Shown here: positions 24,795 to 38,172 of the stretch, in pieces
How the letters are laid out: every line of letters begins with the position of its first letter
How positions within the stretch are numbered: position 1 is the first letter of the stretch
DNA from: Klebsormidium nitens
Lineage: Eukaryota; Plantae; Klebsormidiophyceae
DNA length: 64,000 nucleotides
Reading direction: 5' to 3'
Assembly (NCBI GenBank): GCA_000708835.1
Contig: DF236958.1
Location: 248,001-312,000, forward strand
Position numbers and translations under genes: made by a program
Notes under the pieces: generated by a model
Told to the model about the DNA's origin: nothing
The model's input: only the letters and a program-made list of their open reading frames with translations
Database searches by the model: none

Positions 24795-26365
24795 CAACGC
24801 TCAAGGGTGGCCTGGTTCGGTAAAGCTCCTACTACAATAAGTAATCATAGGTATTTCAGCAGTTCTGCTCCTACTTAGATTGCTTTGTTAACAGAAGCCT
24901 TTATGGGTTCTATAAGGACAGTAGCTAGGTTCAATTTAGATGCAACATTCGTGTAGCCAAAGATGTCAAGTGTTGGAGTTTGTGCCAGCAGGCTTGTGGA
25001 GAAGTTTCGTCACGTCAATGCATTGATTGCTTTGGTTGTCAGTGGTGTGAGTTGCAGCATTGGCGCAACAAGCCTGACCCAAGCCTGCTTGCGAAACGTA
25101 CTTGGTTGATGCCTTTCAGCGATCATTGCTTCATACGGGTGTTTGATGCTTTATTGTCGCATAAGAATATATGCGCAATTAAGCATATATTATTGCTTTA
25201 TAATATAATAAAGTTATGATGCAAAGTCGAATTGGCCTCCCATGCAAGCCTTGGCTTCCTGGTTGTGGCTTCGGTTCGAGCGCATGCGAGTTGAATGCAA
25301 AGTTTCTTGTACAGAACGCTCATGACTGACAGCCTTGCATGCATAGCGTAGACATATATCTCAAGTGACACAAAACAGGTGACCATGTTGCATGATTGCT
25401 ACCTTAATTGCTTCGACCGGCGACTATAGCCGCTGAGCTGGATTGAAGCTTCTGTAGACATATGTCAGACGATCCTTCGTGGGCCGGGTGTTAAGAAGGA
25501 CTTGGGTATGTTGCCTTAGGATTAACACCTTCTAATATCTCGAAAACACATGGGATGAAGCCCAAGCTATTGACTGATCGAGGCTCTGAACACCGAATGA
25601 CCAGCACATGTGGGGGAATGTGGCGGTCTAGTCACTGGAGTCTTGCACCGCGGGTCCAGCATCACGCGGCAGAGCGAGCTTGAGCGAGCTTCAAGATCTG
25701 TAGATTGCCTAAGCTCCAAGATGTAAACTTACCGACTAAGCTCGTTAAAAAACCGTCGGATGTACGGATATTCTAGCTATAGGATATTTAAGACAATTAA
25801 AGTTTGTTCAGCGTAGTTCTCCTATTGTAGTACCTTGAGTATAGTGGGGCACTCTCATGCTATCATTATAGACAACCATGCGGCCACCTCTCATGCAAAC
25901 CAACCCGGAGATTCTTGACCCCGGTTCATGTTGGACTGGAGGCCACCTCTTCAGCTTCGTATTGACCACCAACGACGGAATACACTTTGGACTATGTGTT
26001 AGTGCTATTCAACCGCAAAAACGATAGGATCACTTTGAGGCGCTATATAGCATTCCTGCTTTTGCTTAACCGGAACTGTTAATGCCAGATTCTACAAACT
26101 GTGGTTGGACTATGCCGGTCATTGTAGACATTTGGCCTGCCCAGGTATGACAGGCATGAGAGTGGCCGGTTGACAACGTACCGGAATCGGCTAATCTTGG
26201 CTGCTTGCAAACATGCTAGGTCCAATGTGCATAATTGCAGCTTGATATTGGCAACCCAAGTGATCCTTGAAAATCATGTAGAAGAAGAGGCTGAGGTGAA
26301 TGCAAGATCAGTGAGCTTTCTATTATTGAGGTGACTGAAGGGTCAACATCCACCACGTCGTAGTG

Positions 26366-29300
26366 TCACATCAGGAAGTCAAGAATATTAGGAATATCCT
26401 GCCAGAAAAGTCTTCTATGCTCAGCAATAAGGGCTCTGGCCAAGCCGTTCAGTACACGGCTTTCGGATGTACCCTGCGGACGAAGCAATAAACAGTCAGG
26501 CAGGCCCAGAATGCCAGGATGAGTCTTGTATCTCGGCAGCTGCCTGCATTGCTAGGCGAGATTGTCGTTCATGCACCACAAACGGTATCATGCTTCTCAA
26601 AATTCAGCTTGTGCGAGGGCAAAAGAAATGGACGTCACTTCGAAACTACGACTTTTTGCATATGAGCTAACAAGTCACGGCATGATGATGGATGTCCGAA
26701 ATTATGCCCACCTCCGCATAGGCGTGCGCCGCAATTGCCGGCTTTGACTTGAACTTGAGCCCTGCTGTCCCTTTCTTTTGCACCCCGGCCATCGCCTGCT
26801 GTTCGCTGGGGACCCCCCGGACGCCCATCGCAGCAATCTGTACCTCGTAGTGATTCCGGACGGCGGTTAAGTTCAGCTGCACACCAAACGTCCGCCGTCA
26901 GGGGGCGAGAATGAGGACAATCAAAGGATCGAGTTCAGCAGAAAACTGGCGTTGTACTAACCATTGTCACGTGCGCATTGATGCAGGTGTTCGTGTAAGG
27001 AAGTGGAATGAAATCACTTCGAAAGAACGTAAAACGAAGTAGAAAAAGCGACTGGTTTGAACACGGTTGGGCACGCCAGTGCCAATCATCAGAGACCAAA
27101 AACGCTACCTTTCTTAGCATTTACTTGGAAGATCGATGCGGTCGCCGTATCCTTTCCGATCGAGCCTTTCGGAGACTATCGTTCCGAGATGGCTAAGCAT
27201 TCGGTCCGTCCGAAGCCGACCCAATGAAGAACAAGCCGGAACGGCCTCTGATCACCGAAAGATGCAAGTACGATGCGACAGACTGCCAGAGTCCCAAGCT
27301 GCCCGGAACAAGAAGCATTAAAACGATCGAAGACACAGATTGCCAGGGAAAGGAATATTCTTAGCTTCGAGCCAACAAACATTCAGCCAGACAAAAGAGC
27401 TGCGCGCAGTTTCTCTGCGCCCCTCAACACGCCCCTCACCGTGTACAGACCCAAAACTCTCGGCCGCAAATGAACCCACAAAGACCATCACCCGCACGTC
27501 TAAGCAGAGACCGGCCATTGCCGCCCATCACCCGAGCAACGCTCCTCGGCGACCCTCACCATTTTGAAGTCCCCCGTGAAGGACGCCCTTTTTTCCCGCC
27601 CCGACCGGCCACTCCCTCTCGTCAGGGCCTCCTGCTGCTTCTGTGCGGCTTGCATCAGCTTCTGAAAGACGAGGCAGTTGCTCATGACACTCGCGTGCAG
27701 GGCCTCCACTTCGCCGACCGAACCAAGGATCTCCTGGCCCTCCGCCAGAATGTACTCCAAAATCGCCACAGACTGCAAGCGAGGAGATCATTTGAAAAGT
27801 GAGTTTTGCACTGTGAAGTTCATTGGAGCCCGTGCTGCATTGAATCATTTAGATTTGAGCCTTGCGCCTGAGACCCGGCCGAGGAGATGAGACTTCTTGG
27901 CCCTCCGCCAGGATATACTCCAGAATTGCCACTGACTGCAAGCGAGGAGATATGAGAAGCGCTGAATTTCGCACTACGTGCTTGATGAGGACCCATGCCG
28001 AATGTAAGAATCTGGGAAATTGGCCCTCCACTTCGCCGACCGAGCCGAGGATCTCTTGGCCCTCCGCCAGAATGTACTCCAAAATCGCCACAGACTGCAA
28101 GCAAGAGAATAATTCAAGAAGGGAGTTCTGCACCACAAAGTTCATTGAAGCCCGTGCTGCAATGAATCACTCGGAATTTGGCCTCAAACGTCAGATCGGC
28201 CATAAGAATGAGATCTCTTGGCCCTCTGCCAGGATGTACTCCAAAATCGCCACAGACTGCAAGCGGAAGAGATATCATAAGCGCTAAATTTTGCACGACA
28301 GGCTTTATGAGGACCCATGCCGAATGTACGAATCTAGGAAATTGGCCGTCCACTTCGCCGACCGAGCCGAGGATCTTTTGGCTCTCCGCCAGGATGTACT
28401 CCAAAATTGCCACTGACTGCAAGCGAGGACGTTGACAGAACCCGTGGAAGGAGAACGTGGACCAAATTCGGGCTTTTCGAAACCCCACCATTTTGTACCC
28501 AGGACTGCGTATAGTATGTAGCTTCTCCCGGCCGCACCGACTTGGGGACCAGCACCTCCCCGGTACCTCCCGCAGACCACAGTCGTTAGAAGTTCAGGTA
28601 CAACGTAAGTACCGGGTACGAATTTGACCAAAATCAGGACCCCGGACTCAGCAACCCGGGTGGCGGGCCCACGCGCGGTCGACAGGGTACTAAAGCTTGG
28701 CAGGGTCTAAAAAGTGCGAATCTGGTCCACATTCTCCTTCCACGCATTCTGACACAGCAAGTTTTGCACTACGAGGATCATCAGGGCCCGTGCTCCATTT
28801 GGCTTTGGCCTTAAGCTTAGAGTTTTCGGGCAAAAGATTTGCCCCGCCGGGATATACTCCAATATCGCCACAGACTGCAAGGGAGGAGATTTGCATAGCT
28901 TCTTCTGTACAGTTCTACTCTAAAATCGTTATCGGCAGCAAACATTCCAGCTGCAAAGTGAGGCAATCTGCAAAGGGTAAGGGCTCTCCTTCATAAACCA
29001 TCTGCCCCCAAGAAGAAACAAATTGGCAGAACGTGTGGTCTTTTGTCACTCGAAACTTGCGTCGCCCCTCTTTGGTCCTTCTGATGACTTTGATATGCGT
29101 AACTTGACAGGCAGTACTCCATGTTATTGGGCTGCTGCATGAAAGGGACAGAGAAGCGCACCACCAAAAAGTTCCATAGACTTGCTCGTAAGCCACTAAT
29201 AAGCAACCATGGGAATAGAAATGATGCAAAGGCACTCCTTCACCTGCGCTGCCAAGTCCGTCACTCCCGGTTTCTGTAGCGCCGTCACCTCACCCGCCCA

Positions 29301-32300
29301 GTCGCATATCCGACTCAACACCACCCACAGCCGCCGCCACTCAAACCCTTGCGTGGCCAAACCCTGCGCCCCGCTCGCGGCTTCCGAAACCACCCCCTCC
29401 TGCCCCCTACTGCTGACCACTATCGTCGCAACCACTGCTTCCGCTCTACTGTACAAGTCCGCGTCTACAAAGCTCCCCCGGGGGGGTAGCGAGAGCACGT
29501 CCGTCGCTAGGTCCAGTATTATACTCAGCACGGGCTGCGCTTGGGATTTGACGGAATGGGACCGGGGGGGGAGGGTCGACGCGGCGCCCGAGTTGGGAAA
29601 CGCGGGCAACGCGGCCGCGTCGCATTTCCGGAGAAACTCGATGATGAGCGGCTCTTCGCAGATTACGCGGAGGATCATGAGGCACGTTTTCGCGCGCAGG
29701 ACCGCGGCCTGTTGCCCCGCGGACAGCTGGACGCTCTGCCCGTTCTCGGACGTCCGGCGGCTGTCGACGACCAGGGGGAGTGCCCGGAAGGCGCGCCAGC
29801 AGAGGGAGAGGAACGCGCGGAAGGCGCTCATCCAGAGGAAAGAAAGCGACTGGCCGACGGCGGGGGTGGGGGTTTGGGGGTTCGCGGCTTGGGCCGCTGA
29901 TTTGCTGGGGTCTTCGGATCGTCGCCAGGCCTGGGAAAAGCGGACGGCAGATATTGAGTACTGGTACAATTAATGATGCGCACTCGAAATCTGAAAGTGA
30001 GTGGAGATACCGCAGCAGCTCGCGCTGCTTGCTGGATCGAATCGGGGGTCCCTTTTTGCAAGCCTGGAATGTCGGTCGTTTGTGCAGCGGCATCGGCGTA
30101 TATTATGGAAGCTCGCTTTTGTGAAGGAAGACAATACAACCCCACTTTCACGATTGTCAACTCTATCCCGAAAAAGATCCGCAACTTCCAATCGATGTCA
30201 TGTCAGAGGATCAAAGCACAGACTCGGTGATTTCCTTCCGACTTGTCACAACAAACGTGCAGCTACGAGGTACTTAACGCTCAAAGGAGATAGTGCAGAA
30301 ATGAACCCTTACTTGCATGGATTTAAGTACGGGGCTGAGGTGCACTAGGTAGTAGATGAGCACAACCGCTGCGCTCGAGCGACACCGCTGCTTGTCGCGG
30401 GTGTCGGCCTTGCTGTCGGAAGTAGAAGGATCCTCTTTAGGGGGCGGCGGTCCAGGAGAGCTCGTCGAAGTACCTAGAACCACGAAGGTTAGATTCAGCA
30501 GAAGAAAGCTGACCAGCCTGGGACGGGTGGGTTCACCTTTGGAGGTTTACGGTGGGTCCGGGTGCGGAGCAGGTGATTTTGTGGGTTAGGCTTTTAGTGT
30601 TCGTGTAGGAGCTTACTTTTGCTAGATCAAAGAGACATCCTGGAAGCGGGGCATGACCGGATCACGAAGCCAATCCAGGCCGGCAGAAGGGCAGACAGAG
30701 AAAGGAAGCGTCTCTATACTGTGACGACGTAGGTGGTCCGGAACAACGTGGTTGTCTAAAACTGATCGGACATGCGATTCAAGCATCGCGCTCCATCTTG
30801 ACAGACCTGAAACGAAAAGGAACCTGCAGTACAACCACACGTTTTTTGGGGATTCGGGACACTTGCACAAATCCTCGCTTGCTGATTGTGCATCTTAAGG
30901 ATACCGAATACAATATCGTTTTTTTAGCTTGGGTAAGGCCTTCTGAAAATTCTGCGGAGGAAGCATCAAGGAGCTTACCAAAGAGGCCGCCCATGACACC
31001 GCTGCTCCGCCTCGAATCCGTTCCGTTCTGGCCGGCAGCGGCGGGCGGAACGAACCCCGCCGGGAGCAGCAGCGAATGGACAGAGTTAAGGAGCGGCATC
31101 AGCGGGGCTGCCGGTTGACACAACCGCTCGGAGTAGATGTTGGGGGACTCTTTCCATTGGAGAAGGAGGATGAGAACTAGAGCGGCGTCAAGTTCGAGCC
31201 GGCGGCGGTCGGCAGGGACCCGGGCGGAGAGAGCGGAGACGACCGGGTCGAAGACGTTGCTCACGAAGAAGTAGGCAGCGATGGAGTTGGTGTTGACGTT
31301 GTCGGTGGCAGTCAGGATGGTGAGATAGAGTCTGCGCACAAAGACAATTTCCAGAGATTACGACAATGTTGTGACGAGATATGCTCCCCTTTCAGTGAAA
31401 AGAAATAGGCGACTCGACTTGACAATACCTTGGCAATCATTCGGGAGGTCTTAGAAATTTTTCGAAAATAATGTTGGCGCATTAGACTCACGGGGTGAGG
31501 GTCTCAAAGCGTCACGTTGTCAGTTGATAGATCATTTGAAGCTGCTTGCTGAGCTGTGAAGAACTCCTGAACGTCAGCCACTGCCTTCGAGGCTGTTTGG
31601 AACCTAGCCACTCGTTGTAGAACAAAGGAAAAGGTCGCCGACCAGAAGCAGCCTACCACGTCATCGTGCCAGCAGCTGCGAGACAAACCATGTCGAGCAC
31701 AACATGTATTCATTGTATGAACACTGCCGATGCCCACAACCGGAAAACTATGTATCATCAGCGTTTGAATGCATCCACGAAATGATATTTTGGCAGGCCT
31801 GAAGAGCAAAGTAATCATCACGACAGGCATGTAAGCATAGATGTGTGCAATGACTTCGAAAAATGTTGAAGCCTACCTCAGCACTAGTACCTTGACCGTC
31901 ACCGGTGCGTCTTGTCGAGCAAGAAGATCTGCACTTTCCCCGATGAGCTTGCGGAAGAAGCTGTCAGCAAGGTCCGCAGAACCGGCTACCAGTGTGATGA
32001 TTGTGAATCCCTGCAACCAAAGCAAACAGAAACTGTCACTGAAACTCAAGGGGGCAACTAAGAAGACCGGTGAAACTGGGATCGCTACAGCCTGGCATGA
32101 TATGAAGCAACATCAAAACTCGTCCATGCATCCTGAAGGAAGCAAGACGGCTAGCATAGAGTCCAACTGAGAAGAATCAGAGACCCCCCCCAGAAGAAAG
32201 TTTGTTCCGTCTGTGTAACATGCTTCCCTTCTCATAATATCTTGAGGGACTCCCCAGACAACCACAACCAGCTCGCTTCTTGTCAGCAGTCCCCTAAAAC

Positions 32301-33417
32301 AATCGAAGCATGCCCCACCTGTTCATTGAAGCGCTTTCGAAAGATCTCCCTCAGCAGGATGGAGCTGGTTTCCAGAGCATGAGCCACCCGTATAAAATTA
32401 TCATCCCCCAGGTACCTGCACAGAACCTCCGGAGATGAGTGTAGAATGGAATGATCTCAAGCTGAACGAGACAAAAGGACAAGGAGGCTTAGTCAAATGG
32501 CAAGCCTCCGAGCTTCAACCAAAGCAAAAAGTCCACACTGCTATCGGGAACCATGAGCAAGTTGCTTCAATCATTCTCGCACACATGGCTTCCACAAGCA
32601 GGTTGAAAAATGGGTCAAAAAGGAATCTTTCCTAAGTTTCTGTCCCCTCGCAGCTACCACCATGCAGAGAAAACTTACCTCACACAGGCTGAAAAGAGGT
32701 CATTGACGGTGTGTTTCAGCGGTCCAACAAGACGATCTTCAGGCTCGCTAGCAACGCACTTGGCGAGGTAAAGTTCATTCACCTAACACATCACAAAAAC
32801 AAAGAGTTCAGAATTTGTTGGGACCAAAAATCTGCCCGGCGAATGATGCAATCACTTCTGGTGTAATTGAGCATGTAATGAAGGAAAGCTTTGAAGGAGC
32901 TGGTATCATGCAAGTCTCAGCTGAAGGTCTACAAGGAATGCTGAGAACGATTGCTAAGGATGTACTGGATACACAAGCTGTCCGTACAGTGGGTCCAAGT
33001 TTTGTTATAAGAGCAGACACATCTATGTGCAGTGCGTTTCAAAAGCAAGCATGGCATTGATTCAACTGGACTCAAGTAATGCTACACGCCGCACACTGAG
33101 GAAACAGCCTGCAAGACCGCCGCAAACTGAGGAAACAGCCTGCAAGACCACCCCAAAGGCAGAGTAGCAAGCGGTAGACTCTCACACAACACATTTGCAG
33201 AGGTGGGGAAGAGCAGCATGGTCACCTTCAGCAGCAGAAGCTCGTCCCAGAATCTCTGCAAAGAAGCCCTGCCAGCGATGCCTTGCTCCCGTGCTAGCTG
33301 GACAGGACTACTTAACGCAAAGATGTCTTCATAGATTGCCACAAACTTCTCCCTCATGGCAGGTTTCAAACTGGAGCTTGTGCGCTGCAGTATGGGAGAC
33401 GCGTCAGGTGCCGCCAT
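26366..33417 (-). CDS. ARMH3: Armadillo-like helical domain-containing protein 3 (ARMH3/C10orf76, UPF0668) homolog
   Basis: Exons in transcript order: 33417-33226, 32782-32679, 32415-32319, 32010-31877, 31331-30979, 30473-30313, 29930-29244, 27772-27560, 26876-26712, 26473-26366; phases consistent. Segments EKFVAIYEDIF..FWDELLLLKVN, LTATDNVNTN, YYLVHL, KTCLMILRVICE, EWRRLW and LNLTAVRNHY align with recalled human C10orf76. An extra exon near 30806-30700 is possible. Confidence 0.85.
27707..28895 (-). repeat. About 161-bp tandem array of duplicated 3' splice acceptor plus 5' part of ARMH3 exon 8
   Basis: The acceptor plus exon start TTGCAG|TC(T/A)GTGGC..(VAILEYILAEG-type) recurs with exon starts at 27772 (true exon), 27935, 28094, 28256, 28416 and a diverged copy at 28874. 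Spacings 163/159/162/160 with alternating long and short units. Confidence 0.9.
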
Positions 33418-34049
33418 CGCACCCCCAACACAGGCACACCACTTACGTTCCTATTTCTCTCAGCATCGATCACCCGGACTGCATCTTACGGTGCAATCTG
33501 GCGCACACATCGCACATCCTACGAAAGCAAAAAGCTCAAAGCCTGGTTGAACTTTCAGAAAACGCTCTCATCGTGCTACAGGATTTACAAGTTTTTAGCT
33601 AAAGACTAAATTCTTCAGTATAGAGGTTGAAGAAGGGGCGCGAACTGTGGCCCTGGCATATGCCAGCTAGCGCCAATCTGCAACAGCACAGAAGAAACAC
33701 GATACGGTATTTTGCCCCTCGAAATCCATAGCTAGAGCATAAGATCACTTATAGCATGGTCGTATACAGGACCACGATTGGGTCTTATATTGCTTGCTTG
33801 AGATCGGCTAAACACCGACAACGATAGGTTTCTTCCGGTCGAAATCTGTACTCATTTCAGCTAGCTCTGAAAGTGTCCCCCGGGGGCCCACACAGCTCCT
33901 TATGGGTGAGTATGAAAATTAAAATGAAGCTGTGCCATGGATCCAAAATCTTATCACAACTTGTGTGATCGGATATGTGCGTCAAACAATAGGATTCGTG
34001 TGCAACTCCACAGTGCCAGTTCGGGCTCGCCCGCATTCGTTTTCTGAAA

Positions 34050-35261
34050 CAGTGAGGCGTTTTACATGGAGGTTAAAGTCCCGACGGTAAGTCAAATTTC
34101 GGACTTACCACGACTTGCCTTTTTGGCATGCCATTTTCATTCCGTTCTGTGTGCTCCCCAAATGCGCGCGAGCGTACGCGTTATTGAAAATGGGCGACAG
34201 CCCACGAAATGGATGCCCCCAATGCCACCGTACGACGTGGCAAATGCATAGGCGACTGTTTGCTAGGGGCCGTCGGCTATGTGACCGCTTTATTACCCTA
34301 AGAGATCCACCAATTCTGTGCGCGAGGGGATTCCGGCCGGCCCCTTTTCCAGAAAGTTCCCAGGGGCATTGTAAACAAACTGTACGACTTTGCCAATCGA
34401 CTTCCAGTGCGAGTGATCGGCAAAGCCGCAAAGGCATTGTTGGCACCAAGTTTCCGTACAGAGGTTTTCTACCAATTTGTCGTATTATGCAAACAAAGTA
34501 GGTCGGCCGACGGTCGCAGACCCTCCGATGAAAGTTCGCACGTTTGTCAAAGTGTCGCAGGCCGTCGCCTGGATTTCCAGCCCGTGCCAGGGGGTACAAC
34601 CGTCGCCTCGGAACGTTCCGGCCGATTTTGTGTCAAATGGTAATATCCTGATCATCCGGACTAAAACTTGCACAACAAAATCCGACGGTCTAAATCCGCT
34701 CGGCGCTGAAATAAATCGATCAAATGGCATGCCAGGTGCAGCACAGTGTGCTGCCAGTCTAGTTAACATGGTGGCGACTTACCGTGGTAAGTCGAGTTTA
34801 CCGACGGTAAAGTAGGCCCCAATTTTAACTCATCGAAATCGATGAGGCAAGTCGTGGTAAGTCGTGGTACCGTACCAATTGTCCGGTTGGGCAACAATTA
34901 AGTATTTTTTGACTTGCCCAAAAATCTGAATTGAAAATAAATTCCAATTAAGGATTTGCAGATCATTTTGCCCCGTAAAAAAACAAAATAAATGCATAAA
35001 TGAAGCTGTCCAAAATCCCTGAGATACGAAATTAATTATTGGGCAAAATTCTGCCCAACCGGACAATTGGTACGGTAACTCCGAAATGAGTGCGGATTTG
35101 CCGTCGATCGGGACTTACCATCGACTTACCTTCGGACCATGTAAATCGCGGATTGCGGAGAGCCCACGGTAAGTCGGGGCGGTACTTGCCAAGTCGCGAG
35201 AGTGCCCGGTAAGTTACCATTTACCGTCGGCAACTCACTCTCCATGTAAAACGCCTCACTG
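34050..35261. mobile_element. Non-autonomous TIR DNA transposon, 1212 bp, superfamily unresolved
   Basis: Perfect 22-bp TIR CAGTGAGGCGTTTTACATGGAG, extending imperfectly to 41 bp (CCGACGGTAA at the same offset at both ends). Many GGTAAGTC/GACTTACC motifs. Internal perfect 26-bp IR at 34868-34893 and 35052-35077. Flanks GAAA and AATT show no canonical TSD. Confidence 0.85.
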
Positions 35262-35441
35262 AATTAAGTTCTGCCAGGTTCTGCTCAGAAATTTGAAACT
35301 TCCCAGGATTGTGCTTTTGCAGCGATCGATCTTTTGGGACGTTTAGAAAGTGCTTTTGCAACAGCTCTAGTCAGAAAGCTTTATTCTTCCTACATTCAGG
35401 AGGTGTGTGTTTGGGCGCGGCCAGTTCTGCATGTGCCCCCC

Positions 35442-38172
35442 ATGGACATGGACGGGGCTCGGGGGCTGCCCGGCCTCCGCAGCGCATGGCGATCAGACCT
35501 CAGCCCAAGGGCCAACAGGATCATCAATGATCCGCTGCTGAATGACATTGATATTGACAATGTCAGGATCGAGGTTTTCGACGTCTCCGCGCAGTTGGTC
35601 GACATTCCTCTTACGGAGACAGCAGACGAGCCCAATGTGAGAGCAGGTTCTCGTAGTCCTGGTGCCGTGCAGTCCCAAGATGTAGAGGTCCTGAGCAGCG
35701 GAACAACTCCTGGGGTTGCTTCGGCATATCTTCCTACTTCAGAGCAGCAATTTCACGGCCATGATAGAGGGCCCGATGGGAGTCGAACGAAGTTACTGGA
35801 GTGTGATTCAGACATGCACCACGAAGTTTTGGGAATTGCAAACGAGCAATTGCCACTAGTGAGAAGTGCAAATGGCGCGCACTTAACCGAAGCATTGAGA
35901 CACATCCCCAGCAATGGTCTTGGTCAATCCCAGCCATGGTCTCGGGGTCCATTCCCGCGACGCAGCACTTCTGTCGACCGGTCTCTTGTGAGAAGGGAGG
36001 GCTCTCCCGCTCGAGCATCTTCACGCCCGCGCAGTGGTCTATACTCAGATTCTCGTACTGCGCATGATACCCACCTGAGGAGCTCCGGCCCCGCATATAG
36101 GTCCAAAACCCCTCCCCGGTTACATGTTCCGGTTGTCGGAGGCGTAGAGAAGCCTCTTTCGCCCACGCAGTCGCTCCCGGTGATCCAGAACGGATTACAT
36201 CATGTTCATACCAGCAGGGTGCATGGTTCGAATGGGGAGGCTCATCCAAGGAAGGAGCACGTTGTCGAGATACCTGCATTAGGAAACCACACGATTAGAA
36301 CCAATGGTGTCAGAGAGGACAACGGGAGGCCGCACGGCAGCAATGGGTATGTCAGTGAGAACGGGCAGGTAAATCTTCTCAGCTGGTTTGCCACAATGTG
36401 AGGTACTTCAGCTTTTGGGTTGCAACTTGTGCCCGGCCTAGGGTTTTGCGGATACGTGATTTCAATTGTACTACAGGTTGTTGCAGCATTGCATCATTCA
36501 GATGGGGTGCTCCAATCAAAGTCCTGTAATGGACTGCCCCAGTTCTGATAGTCTTACCCAAGCCTTGTTGATGCTTCTCAATGCTGCGCCTGACTACTGC
36601 TTATCTTTGGGTATGGTTGAAGAAAGCTCTTTGGTGATGTCCAGGACATTCTATACCCCGATTCTCCAAAATTCAGTGGTTCTACTTTATGCATGCAAGC
36701 CGGCTGCACCAGTTTTTGTGCCCCAGTGTGGCTTGTCACTCACTTCTCCCTTGCAAGCAAACCAGATGATTAATATTGTCAACCTTGTGACATTTTCCCC
36801 CCGAAAAGTCCTGAAGTTCGCTGGATGTCTTCTACTCCCGAACTTTCGTATTCAGGGGTCTCCGATTCATCCCCCTTTTGTGCTAAAAAGAGTCACGTTA
36901 AAGGTGTCCAGTCGTCTTCTGGGTAAGTGGTGTTCAAACCAAAATCAGGTTCCTTTATTTTGTCGACAAGCCAGATGTCGCATAACAAAGGCTCTGTTAA
37001 TTTACAAGCAAAGCCCGGTTTCTCGTCAGAAGGCTCTTGTGCACAAGCAGACTCCCTTAATCCGCTTGGCGTTCTCTTGTACAGTTGAGGGGGTGATTGA
37101 GTCCACTAAGCTCAGTCTGTAGGACATCGGCCTTCTCTGATGGTCCAGCCATAAATGCTGGAAGCTTTCAAGCTCGTATCTGCGTGGCTGAGCAAAGTGA
37201 TCCTCCTGGGCTGCACCAGCCCTCTAGCTAGTCAACGCACGAGTCCCCTTAGTTCGCTTTCTGTTGTCAACCACCGATACCTTCCCGGCAGGCGCGTCAC
37301 GATCGTCATCCCCCCCCCATCAAAGCCTCCTCCAAGAAGCCCCCCCGGTGCCCCACTTCTCACAACGGTCTCAATGGAGACTCGGGCCACCACCCGCAGA
37401 ACGGGCGCAGGCGGCGGGACTCTACGGAGCTGGACAGAAGCAAGGGGAAGCGGGGCGGGGGGGCCGCCAAGTGGAAAATGAAGCTGGTCATGGCAATTCT
37501 GCTGGTTTGCTTTGGGACGCTGGTCTACTTTCAAGGTGGGGGCCTCCTCCAACTTAAAGGATAGGGCTCCTCGTACTCTGCTTGCGACTGGAACACCTGT
37601 TGTATTGCTCTTGGGAACATAAGTCAAAAACAAAATCAAGCGATTCCGTTCACGCACTTCTGGGGCGTGCCCGTTTTTCGAGGGATTGTCATGTAGGCCT
37701 GGACCTGCGTCCTTGGCGCCAACAGCTTGTGCCTTCGGGTCTCTCCTCGAAGCTTTTTTCGGTGGAAGATCGGATTCTTATTGTGAAGCACCTGCAATCC
37801 TAGTCTGCCAGACCATCATCATTGTGCTGACTTGTCTTCCTATTGGACTGATCCAATCTTGTAGAATACTTTGGTAGCTTGAACTGATCTTCAAACCACA
37901 TTTGCGTGTTGGCGCAGCATCCTCGAGGGTTTGTCGTTCAAAGCACAATCAACTTGTCCATCATACAGAGTACCTTCTGGAATCTGAAAAAAAGAATCCC
38001 CTTCTCGTGCAGTGTTTTACATGCGGCCGCAGCAATTGCAGGCGATCATGCAGGGAGCCAGCCAGAAGGAGGTGCTCAGGGCGGGCCTGCTGAATTTCGG
38101 TACGTGCAATTCTCCTTTTCTTTTTGTTGTTGCAAGAAAAGCTTACCAACGCAGAGATTTAGGCGGCACTGA
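35442..38172 (+). CDS. Hypothetical protein, largely disordered, with a C-terminal transmembrane helix (tail-anchored-like)
   Basis: Exons 35442-36368, 37292-37535, 38033-38099, 38163-38172 with consistent phases. S/R/G/H/N-rich body, then basic KGKRGGGAAKWK and hydrophobic MKLVMAILLVCFGTLVYFQA. No family recognised; start codon uncertain. Confidence 0.6.

Noticed and set aside
25380-26360. Possible ncRNA (SRP or snRNA) in the convergent intergenic region
   Set aside because: No conserved SRP, Sm-site or snoRNA box architecture recognised.
27707-28430. CRISPR-like repeat-spacer array
   Set aside because: The repeats are copies of the host exon and acceptor, the spacers are homologous to each other, and there are no cas genes in this eukaryotic context.
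29209-29973. 254-aa plus-strand ORF
   Set aside because: Antisense shadow of the large GC-rich ARMH3 exon 29930-29244.
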